This document shows positions 26,041 through 41,149 of a stretch of 64,000 nt of DNA, one piece after another. Both the position numbers and the translations under genes were made by a program. A model generated the notes under the pieces. That model had not been told where the DNA came from and ran no database searches. It was given only the letters and a program-made list of their open reading frames with translations. The stretch lies in contig NMRA01000028.1 in assembly GCA_002633005.1 (NCBI GenBank), forward strand, positions 1,139,556 to 1,203,555. The letters run 5' to 3'. Within the stretch, counting starts at the first letter, position 1. Each line of letters begins with the position of its first letter. This DNA is from Phoronis australis (taxonomy: Eukaryota > Animalia > Phoronida).

Positions 26041-26896
26041 TGACGTACATCTCCGCATCTAAAGAATTTTTCAAATTTAATTTCCACCTGAACTGTGGCT
26101 TTGCGTCTCTAGTAGATATTGGATTTCTAATTAGCCATTAGATTTTTTAACGATTTATATTAAATGAAAATCTTGATGATTCACACAAGGTCAAGACGAA
26201 ATCGCCAACTTCAAACTGGAAAAAATTACAATAAGCTAGCAGTGGCCAATCTTGCCGATGAACCAATCAATGAACTCTGATTGGTCCATTCTCGGATCAC
26301 GTGTAATTATGAACTCTATCAACTCGCCATATTAAAAAAAGAAAACATAGGGTTTCGCCAAACCTTAAACCAAAGCAATGGTTGTAAAAAAACGACCCTT
26401 TACAGATTTAATATAACTCCGGCTGAACTTGATATCAGCCCCGTTGATATTTGGCATGGGTTCCATCTAGGATAAGTTCGATTTAAAGCTATATCAATGC
26501 TGATCGTAACCGCTCTATCGTCTGTACATGGAGAGACGTAGTTCAATGAAATATTCAGTGATCGTATTTGCAAAGAAGTTTACGCTTCGGTGGAGTGTAC
26601 TGTATTAGATTTGTTGTTATCGTAACAAGAAATAGAATTGTCTTATCACGTAGACTGGTATCAATGTGGAGATCCGTTTATCCATTGAATATCAATTTTA
26701 CTATAAAGAATATGGACACGTGCATACTGAAACCATGTGAGTCACCCATGTGAATGTAGTTTACAGCGAGCTTGATTCTTGTGTGTATTCAATCACTGTT
26801 GATTTATTTTTGATCAAGTAGTTGAGGGTGCACTAGGGAACGACGTTCACTGACGAAAACACGAGTGTGCAGTATCTATATATATATATCCCCGCT

Positions 26897-27481
26897 TATA
26901 TATAGTGACCCAGGGTCTGACCTGCAGCTGTCTTGAATTAGTTACCTGTCGACTATGTTACCTGAGTTTTCCGATTTGTGTGACGATTCGTGTCATTGGT
27001 GGAGAAAAAGTAAACAGTGTACTTAGAAAACAAACTGCTTTGTGTGTCGTACACAGCTGTACTATTCACCGCTATTGAATGTTGGGTTTAATATGAAAAT
27101 ATTCAATTGGTAACAAGACAATTTTGTTTGAACACAAAACCTAAACACGTCATTGTATTGGCAGTGCATTCAGTATACACAAGTCCAGTGACTAAATAAA
27201 GAACGTACCGACTGACGAGGAACAACGAACAGGTTATGTCAGACACGATGTGCTCGTGTTCGATAGTGCACTGGGCTTGCTGAGGAAGAGTGGTGTAAAC
27301 GGACCCAAGATTATGTATTGTGTTGCTTTGACTTTGGAGCTTTTTAAGTTCGCGGGGAATTCTCCGTCGATATAAAATACAGGGAATGTTGCACAGTTCT
27401 TGTATAAGTGAATATGAAGTCGCGTAACTGTTCAATCGAAGATCATTTGAGGCGTGAGAAATTATTGAATCGTGCAGTAAG
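26897..27481 (+). promoter_or_regulatory. Candidate TATA/Inr promoter and non-coding first exon (possibly of AChE)
   Basis: TATATATA at 26897-26904, TTAGTT Inr-like motif at 26938 and a consensus donor AAG|GTAAGA at 27481/27482. The link to AChE is inference. Confidence 0.25.
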
Positions 27482-29028
27482 GTAAGATTTCATCACGTAA
27501 TATTGCTTAACGTATAACGTCAAGGATTTCCTTCTATATACAACTAATCTCAGAGCCGGAATAGCCGACAGTCAAGCTTGGACTTAGGATAGCGTACGTG
27601 CGATTATACATTATTGATGTGATGTCATTAATATACAACAGTCTCTTCTTTTCGCATTGGTTCTAGTGCCAGCACGTGGAAATCGCAAACGTGACGAATC
27701 GTAGTTAGTAAATTCAAATGCGGATTTTATATATACGATGAATTATTATTCCACCTGCTTTCAGTAGATCAAGTCGGATTGCTACCGGTAGGCCTAATGT
27801 CACAAACAATTTTTTTTAACTGCAAACCTATGAGATAGAATGAGACATGTAGCGTCTGTCGTGGAAACAAACCTTGGGTATTATATTTCCTTTCAAAGAA
27901 CAAAAGATTATCACTCTTGCGCTCAACCACTGTTGTGTACTAAAATGAAACCAGCAATCCGAAAAGCTGAGATTATGTTAGGCTAACCGCACCAGAGGGC
28001 ATTGTTTCCGCATTTCCGGTTATTGTGATTTGTAAGCACACCTGCATGACCAGCTCACTGTACTCGAACACAAACTTGCAAAGTTTGCAGTTCTTATGCT
28101 TTAAAACATTTGATGGGTTTTACATACTTCAAATCAATGGTTATGTAAATATCGATAATGACAAAATCTGGTGTAGCGGGACTGTTCCTTTTGTCACCCT
28201 ATGTCAATACCAATGCTTTAAATTCATCTGATGGTTCACATGACAACCAGTTGAATGAGAGCTAGCAGAAGTAAAATTAAAAGAAAAGGTTATTAGGATT
28301 ATTCTTGGATTTTAACAGTAAATAAATAAATCAGTAAGCATCTCAAACAATCGATCAATTAAATTTTTATCTATGCAGAAAGACTTGAGTTAGCGGTTTG
28401 TATAGCTGTTCGTTTTAACATTTCTCCTGACATTTATTGTTGTAGAAAACCGTCCTAAATATTTTGTCTACCAGAAACTTACAGCAACCGTTGCATCTAA
28501 GTAGGTAGGCTGAGCAAACTGTTTCGTTTTAGCCCCATTCTCTACTGAGAATACTGTCTGACACCTTGCGCCCAGGTTCATATGGCGGAAAGGCAACTCT
28601 TTCCAGTACATTTCCCTATTTTTTCAAACTGTCCACTCCTTGTTTGGCCTATAAGGTTGTCAATATTGACCGGTCACCTCTGTGACGATTCACCAGCTCT
28701 AATTGGCATCTTGATGAGATCTTAAAGCACACAACAAACTTAACTTCAGTAAATGGTGACAATTTACTTTTGGCCACTCGAGTGTCTTGAAAGAGACACC
28801 TTGTCTTTTGAAGGAGCTCTCAGCACACACTTCAAGAATGACTGAAAGGTAAATTTGCTTTAAATGGTCAATTTACTTTACGAAGCGAATTAGTATAAAA
28901 TCTCTCGGGATTATCGACTTTAAAGTCAGCATGTCAAGGACATTGAAAAACAATAAAGCTAGAGGCTCCCCGATTCTCAAAAACTGTGCTAATGAACGGA
29001 AACGGCTTCCGGTACTGTCATATCTGGA

Positions 29029-29409
29029 CCCGGGGTCTAATCTTTCTACTGGAACTCGAAATTATTTTTGCCATTTTCTGTTCTACTTTCGTGCGTTGTT
29101 CTGTGCACGAGTACACTGGTTTACATGGGTAACTATTTAACCCTAGTTTTTGCCCAGCATTATGACTAACTGTTTGAGTCTGAACTCGAAATTTCTAGTT
29201 TTTACTTGAAATCTTGAGTTTTTGCTCGAGTTTGTAGTCTGAATCTAGGGGTCATCTAGTGCGAACTTAGACTAGAAATTCATCCGCACAAACCATAATG
29301 TACACGAACACAGACTAACGGAAACTTATTTTGGTCTCGATTAGGGCAGGACGTAAAATGACAAAAATGATTTCGAGTCCGATTTTGAGTACAAATATTA
29401 CATCCCGGA
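29029..29409. mobile_element. ~400-bp TIR MITE, copy B
   Basis: Reverse-complement homolog of 18063-18494 (ccggggtctaat...tacatcccgg). Confidence 0.75.
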
Positions 29410-30758
29410 ACGATGTTAAAAGGGATACCGTCACTCTCATGTAAAATACGGCGACAATAAATGCATCCTAGTCACCAAGGTTTGACTGTCTAGTCATTTA
29501 GAATAACGACGCTGACACTTTTAAAGTGGAACTTTCACGCTAATTCCTTATCTATGTGATTGCTTGGTCAAATTGGTTAGAAACACAACATAGAGCGACA
29601 ATGTGAATATGAAGTGCATTGAAAATTACCACATGTTTTTTTTGGATCGAAAATAATCCACCGTAAGTCATTCAACCGTGCCCAGTAACTGTCGTGGCGT
29701 TGTATTGGGAACTAGCCCTATGCGGGCTTTGTGAGCCCCCAAGGTACGTCATTATAGTGCAAAGGTTACCTATTTGCAGATTTTTTTGTTTTCACACTTG
29801 CAAGTTGTCAGTGAATACAACTGCACTTTGTTTAGCGTAGATGATGTTCAAATAGCATTGCCGTTTAGTTCCTGTTATACATTAGCATAGTTAGGAGGAA
29901 ACAAATACATCTTTAAATAAAACGAAACTTCAGTTTCAAACTTCTTGTTAAATATCGCAAATAGCGTTATTGCCTTTAGCAGTCTTATTGTACAGCGTTC
30001 TCGAGTGGTGCAGAGAACAAGAAGTATGTTGCCCGCGATATCACTGAAGCGAAACTGTTCGGCCTTGTCAGTACAGTCAAGTTAGCAGAACATCACCAGC
30101 GGTGTCAGCTCGTCGTGACATCATACCCGCCAGAGATTGGAATCATTGTTTAATCTGACGCGCACTGAGGTAATCGAATTATCAATAATTCCAGGGCTTC
30201 GACAAACTTGACTGGAAACAACATGTCAATGTATCATTTGTTTGCGGAGGCTGGTCATTCAGGGTGTTTTGCTACACGCTGTTTGAAAAAAGAGCTTATT
30301 ACTGACGATGAGTGGACTCAAGTAATTTACTGAGAAATAAGTTGGGAAACCTATTGCAGTCCGAGTTGGTTAGTTTATGTTGTAATGACCTTTAACCCGA
30401 ATGCAAGACTTCGCCGCGCCATGGCTCCTTCTGGGTAACATTGATTGTTGGGTAATGATAACTAGAAACGTTCAACAACGATTTGAGCAGAAAATAATGA
30501 GTCGTTACTGAACTTACTTGAGATGAAAGGCGACGTTTTGCCAGCCTGTGCTGGCTTTTTCAAGCCTGCTGTGCGACCTCTGGTGGATTTGATCGGAGTT
30601 GAGAAACTCGCCGGGAAACTTTAGTCGAAATCCTGTCCCAGGTGTGTGATAGGTTAAATCTCGAGCCTCCTCTTCGGTTAGAGATGGACTTTCAATTCGT
30701 ACTGAATGAGTCATAACATACATCGGATCAACAGCAACTCATTGTAAAGATACCATAT

Positions 30759-30782
30759 CATATATATATATATATATATATA
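30759..30782. repeat. (TA)n microsatellite
   Basis: catatatatatatatatatatata is seen directly. Confidence 0.9.
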
Positions 30783-31748
30783 ACTTTTGTGTTGCCAGAC
30801 TCGATTAAATGATTTGTATGTTCGTCTTCGAGTTCACTGTGATTATTCAATGATGCTTTTACCCCCATTTTTCTCATCCTCGTGGTAGCTTCTTTCCTTT
30901 CCCGTTATGTCTCTTTATTTCTTTACTTTTCCGTTTACATTTCTAAATCCATAATTACACCGTTGGTGTCGCTCGTGCACTGCGCCGGTATACCCGGCAT
31001 GTGATAAAAAATGGAACACCCTTGCTCATGGACGCGTCACAACATGGCGATGCGCGCCACACGTAACTCTCGTTAGTCTAGCTGAACAATTTTGTGTTGT
31101 AAAAGGACACGTGTCTTAAAGGGCCATTGGCCGAATTTTTATAGTCAAATAATATTTAGCGCCATGTTAACTGAGTTCATAACGAACATTATCTTTCAAA
31201 CATTATTATTGTTTTAGACTTTCAACATGGTATTACATGTGAAACTTTTATAAAGAATCATTAATAACTGAGTTACTTTAAATTTCCTTCAACTTTCATT
31301 CTATTGCAATTAACACGGTACAGGTGCCTTTATCCCTTGGAGTCACGACGCCCATGGTGTGGTTTTGTAATAACAGAAAAAAAGAATAACATCCTAATGG
31401 TCAATACGTACCCAATATCTAGGCCAGCATCTGTTACAACTGGGAAGACGGATTAGAAACTCATATGCTTATCGAATCACCTCAAATCCCTCCGTCAAGC
31501 TGTCAGTGTTGCTCAATATTTAGTTGGAAATACGGTGAGTTAAGAAACTATGTTTACTTTTTATTGCAATTAAAAAGTAAGAAGTGTACAAGTAGGTAGG
31601 AGTGAATTCTTATTTAATCCAACCACTAGGTGTCGCGGCCAATCATCTTTGTTTCCCGGCTGGTTCCCTGCCTAAACGCTAGATGTCATGACATCTATTT
31701 ACGAAGAGTCGCCTGGTGGCCAGACCGTCTCGTCCACGAATCAGACGT

Positions 31749-31887
31749 TTGGGGTCGGATTTAGAGTGGCCATGCCCCCCTCTAAAATTCTTCTATTTGG
31801 AAATTCGGGGGTGCGAGTGTCTGACGGGCAAAATCCTGGCTAATACTCTGCCCTACCCCGCGACTCAAAATCCTGGATTCGCCCCTG
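31749..31887 (+). mobile_element. MITE of the CAGGGGCGGAT family
   Basis: ggggtcggatttaga...gtctgacgggcaaaatcctggctaa...ctcaaaatcctggattcgcccctg; homologous to 60215-60370. Confidence 0.75.
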
Positions 31888-32499
31888 CAAAACAACGTGT
31901 CGCAGAAATGACATTTCACCAGTCCACTTAAAAACAGTTCGGTAAAGGGACAGTTAACGAGAAAGGGAAGCAGAAAAAAATTATAAAAAGCACAAGTGGT
32001 CGCTAATGGCAAGATAGTTTCATTATTTTATCGTCTGAGAATACCGCACCCAGTTATACGAGAATAATCTGACCCAGTCTAATACAAGTTAGTGTTACTT
32101 AACTTAGGAAGTAAACGCGAGACTGTCATTTACTTCTTTCGTAAACCCCAACACTTACGTGTATTATCTTACTGATATCTGAGTGCATTATCTCCACATG
32201 TTACCTCACAGAGGCGAAAAAACATGGCATATAACTTTGTAATATCTGGCATCAAATGCAATGACAGGTGACTATATATGTTTTGATAGCCGTGTGTCAT
32301 TCCAGATGTTTCCCGGATAACTCGTATATGTGACTTTTTCCCGAAATATTTTTGAGCGAAATGTCGACCGTGGATTTCTACGACATGTTATTTGACAGTT
32401 CTTGGTGAGCCCATTCGGGGACGAGATGGTCACGCCACCTGGCGACCACAGATACTGCAGGAGTCCGACCGATGAGATAAATTAAGCTCATTGCAATCT

Positions 32500-32870
32500 G
32501 CTTTGTTGCTGCCGAAGTTATGTACTACAGTTATCCAATCTGCATTCCAATTATTATCTAAAATAAGCCGCAAATTTTTGTCACAACATGAAGTCGCGTA
32601 TATATTGCGGAATATAAAATTTGTCTTGAAATTGACACATAGCAAATTGCGGATATGTCCTAAAATCTCTGCGTCATAACTTAGCGGGGGCACCACCTCT
32701 ATTACATTTCGCATAAACTATGTTAAATGTCGATTTAAATACGCCTATTTTGTCAATATTGAAGAGGTAGGTGGTGGGGTAGTGGTCAAGCGTGCGACCC
32801 ACTTCTGACACATTTTTTATGTTGTCAAAGATACTTGCTCTTTCCGAATGTGCCTCTAATGTTACCATTC
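32500..32870 (-). mobile_element. Possible highly decayed pogo/Tigger-type transposase remnant
   Basis: LDHYPTTYLFNIDKIGVF resembles Y.P..IFN.DETGLF, and KNLRLILDN resembles K.LL..DN. The motifs are in different frames and closer together than expected. Confidence 0.3.
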
Positions 32871-33409
32871 CTTACCAGTACGAAAAATTGGTAGGCCAAG
32901 TCAATAGAAAATCGAGTAGGCCACTAGGTGGCGTCCAGTTACCCACTACGGTACTGGGCAGTTGTCAAAATCACATTCATGACACTTATTGTGCCATATT
33001 TCTGTCGTCGAACGCAACGAGAATGTTAATTATTATTTGATACTTTCGGGGATGAGTCTGAAATGTTTCGTAAGATCATACGTACGACCAGATACGCACA
33101 AATCTTAGTTGCAGTCTACGTTTTAATCCAACGCTACGCAAAGAAACCGCCGTAATGAAAATTCACACCAAAATTAAGTATATTCAAACAACAGACCTTT
33201 CGAAAATTATTGCCCCATTCTTTTAGAAAATTGTGAACATGTTCGTGTCTAACCTACTGAGAAATATTTCGCTCTTGGAATTTGAACTCAAATATTTCAG
33301 ACGAAAGGAAAAGGGCTTACGGATTCTCAGGCTGCTTTTTGTGTTTTGAACGTGAACAGCTCACTCCTACAGATCTCATATTCTGTGTGTGCCACGAGAT
33401 TGTGACGTC

Positions 33410-33810
33410 ATGAACTATACATGAGGAAATTTGATCTAAAAATGTATCAATGAAAGTTATTGATTGATCGCAAACCTCTGCGCAATCATCTTTAAAACGC
33501 CACCAAATCCCGTTTTTGTGATTGAAAAACTTATTCTGCCAGTCCCACATGCTACAGCCCGGAGGTGATAACTTATCTGATAATATTAACTCACCCACGG
33601 TGTTAGTTGTGCTTGTTGATTTCATGTAGCATTAATATAAAAGATTTCTCAGTTGCGCCAGTTGCGGTCCAAATTTTTAAGAATTGACGAGGAATGTGGA
33701 ACATTATTTTGTTTCCAAGAATTAGTGGGCCAGGTCGTAGTTAACACCTGATTGATGAAAAACTGGGTTTGGTATTTTTGGACAAAGTTCAGCAAGAAAT
33801 AGCTCTTCTC
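33410..33810 (-). mobile_element. Decayed Penelope-like RT fragment
   Basis: MWDWQNKFF...IWWRFKDD..V......IDTFLDQI resembles the Penelope RT W.RYxDD...L..FL..LN motif. Confidence 0.5.
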
Positions 33811-36800
33811 GACGCAACATCCGACACCGACGTTAGCAAATGAGCAGTTTAAATGAATGAAAACATATACGATGCAGTGCAATGGACTTGTGGCGCAATA
33901 AGATAAACTGAATCTACAAAACGATTTTTAAAATGGCTGCACTTGATTCAGCCGGATAAACCGACTAAGACATCTGATTGGATTTTACTCAGAGCATCAA
34001 GAACCAACCAAATAACAAGCAAATTGAAAAGAGATTACTATGGTGGTGGGGTTGACGGTGTCTACAGTGTACATAAAATCAAAACTGTAGACAAATCACC
34101 ATTCAATCAAAAATGCTGACAAGAAAGGGACAATTACAGTTTTGCCAGTTTGAACACGTGACGTTCGCCACTTAACCGATTGTTTGGCGGACTCGTTTTA
34201 AACAGACTGACCAGGACTGCAGCTCGTGGATTACGAGTATTGTATTGAATTGTATTTTGCAAGACGTACTCTGGTTCAAAACAGTAATGAAATTCACAAA
34301 CTCTATTCATGTTTTATACATAAAACTTCAGTTGCCATCTTGCCATCTTGCAAGTCAAAATTGTTGTCAAAAGTCAAGGAAAGGTCGCTTTCTACGTTCT
34401 CCATATCAATAGAGAAGTTTTTGCCAGCCATGTTCACATGCACGAAGTTGAACTTTTATTATTGCATGATTTGTTTAAGTCAGATTATTTATAAATCCAA
34501 TGATCCTTGTGTTTCTTTTAATTCTATGCACTTTGGCAATCCGTACTTTCCAATTAAAAAACGTCATTAACAAAGCGAACTATTATCACGTTGAGGATTT
34601 CTCAAGTGCGTGGAAATTAACCGATTTCTCCGTATAATCTGTGTTGTAGTGAAAACTATCTTGTCGGTCTCGTTTGTGATTTTTGTACTCCGGGATTATT
34701 GCTGGATTTATCCCTGCCTGCATCTCAAGATTCATGAGTAATTATTGTTGCCAGAACATCAACGGTTTGCCTTTCCGCGAGCTGATTTCAAGATTTAATT
34801 CGAAAAAACACATAGAAACTGAAGCACGATATGAACAGTATAACCGAAGTAGTCATTGACAGCTGTGCCTCGTAACTGAGTTCGATTTATGTCTATATCT
34901 CGAACTAAATGTTAGACCTTCAGTTGAAATGGCACTTCACCCTGTTTTAGCCTATTAACTGGCTAAATGAATTTATCTTTTTTCGCGGGGAACAAAATGA
35001 AGTTATATGACATACATCAACCCTCAAACTGCGTACAGAAAGATCGAAATGCTGTTGAGGGAAAAGGCCGCCCACCTTTGTGGCACAGCGAGGTATTGTT
35101 TTTGCTGAATAACGTTTCAATTTTTCAAGGGAGACAATTACTGTGAAACAGCAGTGGACAGAACCCAGCCTGCGCTCCGTAGACTCAAGAACCTCGGCTC
35201 GTGAAAGTACAAGATCACGTGAGACTGTGCAGTAGCAGGGAAGCACGTCATCTCATTAGCTTTACTAGCCGCGAAATGCTTGTGTCCACAGAAAGAAGCA
35301 CGGTTTTTGTGAGAAATCATATAGGACTTATCATTGCTTAATGTGGATCATATTTTTGAGATTTTTGATTCTGGTACAATGGCGGGTTATTGACAACGGA
35401 AATGTAAATAATGCTGTTCTCTTTGACCAGTTGTCCCGTAAGTGAGTAGTTGCTATTGTTCCTGAGTCAATGCATCTAGACTGCTCTTCCTAATTGGGCT
35501 TTCCTTATTGAACACGTAAGTGGGAGCAAGCGCTCTCATAGTGCTTTACGGTATAAACTTAAACTTTCAAAACCAAAATTTAAAATTTGTATCGTCGCCC
35601 CCAATGTGTATATGGTAGGTCTATCTCGAGAACGATAACATCAGCAGCATGAGGCGATTTGATTGACCACGAAGTACGCAAACCGGTTGAGTTGCCCAAT
35701 CTCGCCATCGACCGGTTAGGGTTCAACGGATTCTTTTCGTGCCTCAGGAATTCTCAGTTTTATTTAGGGTGAAATAGATTAAACGGTGTTGGAGTATTCA
35801 AACGTCAAGTCGATAGTTTTAAATAGCTAATTTCCCTGCTAAGTGCTGCCTCAAGTACGTTACGTGTGTGCCTGTGAGAAGTTAGTTCTGTTTCGCTCAT
35901 GTCTCTCTCTGCCCTTGAGTATATTATATGTTATGTTCAAATGTTTTGCGCTTAACTGCACGCCTCTTATCCACCTGTGCCGACGCCGCGGTGAACCTAA
36001 AAAACTCAAACTCAAGACACGCAATTTACTGTTAGTCAAATCTTGGGCACGGAACGTCATCTTGATTATCTTCCGCTGGTTTATAAGGCATAGGCGAGGC
36101 ACAATGGGAATTATTGTGGGACGAGACCTTTGATAGCTTTGAATTCTTTTATCATTAACTGCGTCTGGCACAATCGGTGTATTCAGTTGAATACATTAAT
36201 AGCCTACCTCCAGCGTTCGCTGTACTACACAACTCTTCCAAGATATTTGGAGGTAATTACAAGGATTAGTCTAAGCAGGAATGCAGGCTTCTAGACACAG
36301 TATTTAACTTATGGCACATCTACGTACCGGGCAAGTGGAGAAGTTTCAACATTTTGTCTTGTTTTAGCGACTGGGATCTCCCAGATTCAGAGGTGGGTGT
36401 CGTAACTCCCTGTGGAGTAGATTTTGATTGCGTAAATGACAAATTATTAATCATGTTCTTCGTTAGAAATCGTATTATTCTCTGTAACTATGTCGAGCGT
36501 TTCACACGTTCTCTATTCCAGTCTCTAGCCAGGTTACTCTGTCTCTATCATGGATTCGTGCGTCTTTTATATTCCGCGGCATGCACAACCACTGTTTTGT
36601 ACGTGTAACATTTGGATTCTGTGTAGGAAGAAGTTACAAAAGTCATAACTGAACCATTCTACCACTCTTCACGGGTCAGATGCAAAATGACCCGTGTGCA
36701 TGGAGAGTTGGATTTTGGACTGAGACCGTCATTTATCGTCCCCCAGGAGTTCCACCCTCACGTGCGTGATTGTCATAAGTTCCCCTACGAAAGGGTACGT

Positions 36801-37342
36801 TGCCTGACAAAATTCTCTGTTGTAATACGCATTTCCTGTTTTAGCTACCTATAAGAGTGGGCGCGTCTCGAAACTGTCAAACGTTTCCTTTTTTTCAAAC
36901 TACACAAATCTACAGAAGTGTTTTGAATATTATCTATTGTTGTATTTGATTAACTTTACACCTACAAAAGAGTTTGCGTTTTTCAATGAAAGGGTGGAAT
37001 TTTCACGGAAGCTTCAGATGGAAGACTTTTTACGAGTTTACTCTTTAAATAAGTGGGTACTCTTCAGCTGCACCTCCGTCAAAAATATAATTGCACACGG
37101 ATTTTCGCGTTCCATGCTACTTTAATTTGATTATAACTCATGTTTTAAACAGAATTTATGAAGTTCACATGCGTGATAAGTGATATTCTATGGCACTTTG
37201 TGTTTGGTCAACATGGCTTTTCCATTTAGTTGTGGTTTAGAGAAAACCTCAACTGACCCTTGGAATGGGCATAAGGAATATCGAGTCACCTACGTAGCAT
37301 TTAATTTCTACAATCCAGGTGAGTATACACTTTAATGTTTAA

Positions 37343-38072
37343 AGCGGCATGGAACGCAAAAGCTCGTCAAAATATCTTTTAAACAATTCCTGAGGACAGT
37401 ACCATATCGCAACGTCTACTACAGCGTTAATCTCTTTCCCCCGAGAGAGAATTTCCAGAAAAAATCACAAAATTCACGATTTTTGAAACAGGCGCGAAGG
37501 AAAAATTGTGTATCCACCATAGAGTTTCTTATCTGCCTCCCACTTAAGATGTACGCACTCATGCAGTCACAGTTATTCAACAAACAGCTGGCTGACAAGA
37601 CGTATATTAACGGCAGATTATCATGTGCGATCGCACTCCCAATCTGAGGTCGACAGCACAGTATGAGGCAAGCAGTGAAGCAAGCAATTTTCCAGAAATA
37701 ATTCCAAGTGCATTTTAAAATATATTTGACTGACTGCTGCTTGAAGTCGTCAAGGTTTTTTACATCAAAGGTCAAAGGTCACATTTTCCATATGAAAGAA
37801 TTGTGCTTCTTCTATGTCTTACCATACCAAACAAGGAGACATTCTTTGCCTTGTGAGAGAAAAATTGACGAAGTGACGAGCAGATGACACATGTTTTGTT
37901 TTGAAATTTTTAAATTTAGCTTTAAAAAACTAAAATAAATTGCTTTGACATAAAGACATTCATTTACGAATAAACCGTAAAATACCTGGTGAACATGTCA
38001 AATTTTATTTCAGTGACAGAGAAGCACTTTAAATAATGCAATTTAGTCTGTTTTTTTGCGTTAGAGGCCTCT
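37343..38072. mobile_element. Kolobok-type non-autonomous element (TTAA TSD)
   Basis: ttaa|agcggcatggaacgcaaaa ... ttttgcgttagaggcctct|ttaa: AG..CT termini with TTAA on both sides. Confidence 0.7.
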
Positions 38073-41000
38073 TTAATAAATCTGCCTGTGATATCACAGA
38101 TGCCCTTTTTCGCCACTTTTCAGCAAACACGGAAAACTACATGTACGTGCGGCTCATTTTGGTGACTTTCTTTCAACTTTGAGGACTACCAGCGGCGGGT
38201 GAAATCGAAGCGACTTCAAAGCAGCTGCAGCCAAAAGTGACAACTGCGACCTCCATCGACCGCAGTATAACCATTGAAAGCAAGAAATATTAAGTTGTCT
38301 TATTTCACGACTCGATTTTTTTGTGTTCGTAGCAAAATTAAATCAAAACACTCGACTTTCGCCCTTGGGTGAAAAGGGACGTCCCAAGGTAATAGTCACA
38401 TCACGTAAACAGCTCTCGATATACCTCTAAAAATACCACAATTCGCGAAAGCCAACTATGATCCCTGTTGTTGGGAACTCATCTCATCAAGCGAGTTAAC
38501 TGTGCGCCAGGTGACGACAACTCAAGCAGTGTTCTAACTTAAAGCTTATTCTAATCTCGTATTTTAAGCACATCAATGACCCATCACTAATAAGTGTTCC
38601 GCCACTTTGACCCGTGCGAACGAACAGACCACCCACAACTTTGGTTCGCAAATCCGCGTACATGGCTCGAATCGTCTCAGTTTCGACCAACTGTTCTCTG
38701 AGGTCTCAACAATACGTCAGTAAGAAGAATAATGATGTGAGAACACAATCTACCAATCTATTAAATTATCTTAACCAGATGCCATATTAATGATAGGTTT
38801 TACTGGTACAATTATAATATTATGTGTTCAATTGATACCTCTTACAATAATGAAATGCTCCCGTGAGAGACTCTAGTTAATGTCACCACTCCCCGTGTCT
38901 CGAATGGAGACTTTTGTAAACAAATACGATAAAAACGTGCGACAAAACAAGCAGGTGAAATTCCAACAACCGCGCGATGTTCCATGGGGTTCAATAAACT
39001 ACAAATCCATTGTAACACTAGTTACTTGAATGGACAGAGGTTGACACCTGTTGAAAATCACGCTTTCGTCACTTGTCCAACTTTAGAAAAACATTCGAGC
39101 CAACCACCGCTAACCCGCGATTAAGAATACCGAGAACGATCGCAAACGAAGTTCGGCGGCGGCCCTCTTTGGACTGAGGTGTGTAAATCGACATTGACCT
39201 TATTTACTTTTGAATGTAAAAATTAAGTAGGGAAACAAGTGCCGATCAGGAAATTTATAACATTTTGAATTGTATATAATTTTTTAACTGGAAGATATAG
39301 CATGTACTACCAGGAAATCCTCGTAAGTATTGCAAGTAGTTCAAGTGTAGTTTATATTAGTAGGTATTTCCATGATAAAATCAGTTCTTTTCAGAGGCAG
39401 GAAATGACAAGATTTCATTGTTATATTCTATGACGCGTGATTCATCGATAATGAATAAAATCAGTTCACGACTTGGCACTGCATCCTACCAGTGGGTTGA
39501 GATTTCAAACTAATTACCTAACAGGAAATGTTCAGTGCGAAGAAACAGCTCGAGGTAAAAATTGTGTTGATGCAGATGGAAATCAGTGTCGAATTCTTTT
39601 ACAAGTTTAATAGAAAAAATACAGCTGCTTTATTTCGTAATCTAGGTCATAATTGGAACTTCAAATGCTAACCAAAGCTCTATTAAGCCCTCGAGATGGG
39701 TTTTTGTGCTTTTTAAGTTTCCACTACATCCAACCCAGAACTTGAGTTTTTAATTTTAAGGGGGTATGAATTGTTAAGATATGTTAGAAGCAATAAATAA
39801 AGTTATTGAAACATTCGTTTCGCTTGAATTTAATAATATATACATGGTGTGTCTTGATTATTTTTCACAAAACGTACTTATGATAATGTTTTTAACATGC
39901 TCATCCGATACGAAGTTCGTCTACTTCCGGGTGACGTTATCTTGTACATTACATGACTTCCGGTGACGGCCATACGGTATAAATTATGTTGTGAAGGAAA
40001 CAAGAAACGAGAAAGCAATTCTTGAAATAATTATTTTTTCTCACACATGTCTTGAATTGACATTTTGAAATGACCTAGAAAGTAATAATATCGCTTTTGG
40101 AAAATTAATATTTGAAAACCCATTAAAATTTGTTTTCTTTGTTTGGAATGGATGTAACAAAAGTACTTTCATAAAACATCGATAAGAAAGATATCACAAG
40201 AAGAGATTCAGCTGGAAACGCCACACGGAAATTTTAGTTAAATGAAGTAGACAGGGAACATTTTAAGCTGTAAGGCATTGTACAGGAAGTTATCGCTCTC
40301 CACAATTCTGTTTTACGAAATAAGTAGCAACTCGTGCATAATTCACGCTTCACAATAAACATTAATCACGGCCTCGTGAAAATACTTACTCAGCGCAGCA
40401 ATCGAGGGTAACAACATTCACCATAAAACGAATGTAGTTTGACATATTTATACCACATAATCAGCCTGACATGGCCATTAAAACCGCTGATTAACCCATT
40501 TGTTAATCAAGGCGTGTTCATTAACGTTTTGGCGGGAACCCGAGGCCTGGCGTGCGTTCAGTAATGCTAGGGCCTTGCTAAAATATAGCTAAAGTCACGT
40601 CTTTTCATTTACAATACACGGCAATATCTCACGTAATCTCGCGAACTCTTGCTTTTTAGAGAAGTTCTAAGGTTACTGAACGGGAGGCCGATTTGAATAC
40701 GCTTCACTCACGTTTCGTGTATCGTAGGCTTAACAACTGCGCTATTCAGCAGTTGGCGTCATCTTACGTGAAAATTATGCGGGTGAGGCAGATATCTCCA
40801 AATGAAAAATTTTGGGTCATCATGATGTCCTACATCTGCCCCTGTAATTACAGAGTAACTGTGAATCATGAAACAATGAAGTATATCTTGTACATGTATA
40901 GTTTCTTTCTGTTCTTTCAATGACTTTCATGACTTTTGTGATTAAATCAAAATTTGCATCAAACAAATCAAGAAGATAACATAGAAAACTTATAAACTTT

Positions 41001-41149
41001 TAAGGGTAACATTTAAATAGTACCAATATCATTAGGCTCTGTGATGCTTTTACTAAATATCTATAATGGTTATGAGTAAATTTGCATCAAATGTAACAAA
41101 ACAAAAAGATAGCTTATAAAACTAACATCCAACTCAAACAAATATTTCC

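Noticed and set aside
25794-26141. Pro-rich ORF as a possible PRAD-type AChE anchor gene
   Set aside because: It derives from a C-rich low-complexity tract, with no signal peptide, polyproline run or splice context.
27211-27240. CTGACGAG...CGAAC as a hammerhead ribozyme core
   Set aside because: It has GAAC instead of GAAA and I could not find convincing stems I and III. I saw no convincing hammerhead near the Penelope-like remnants either.
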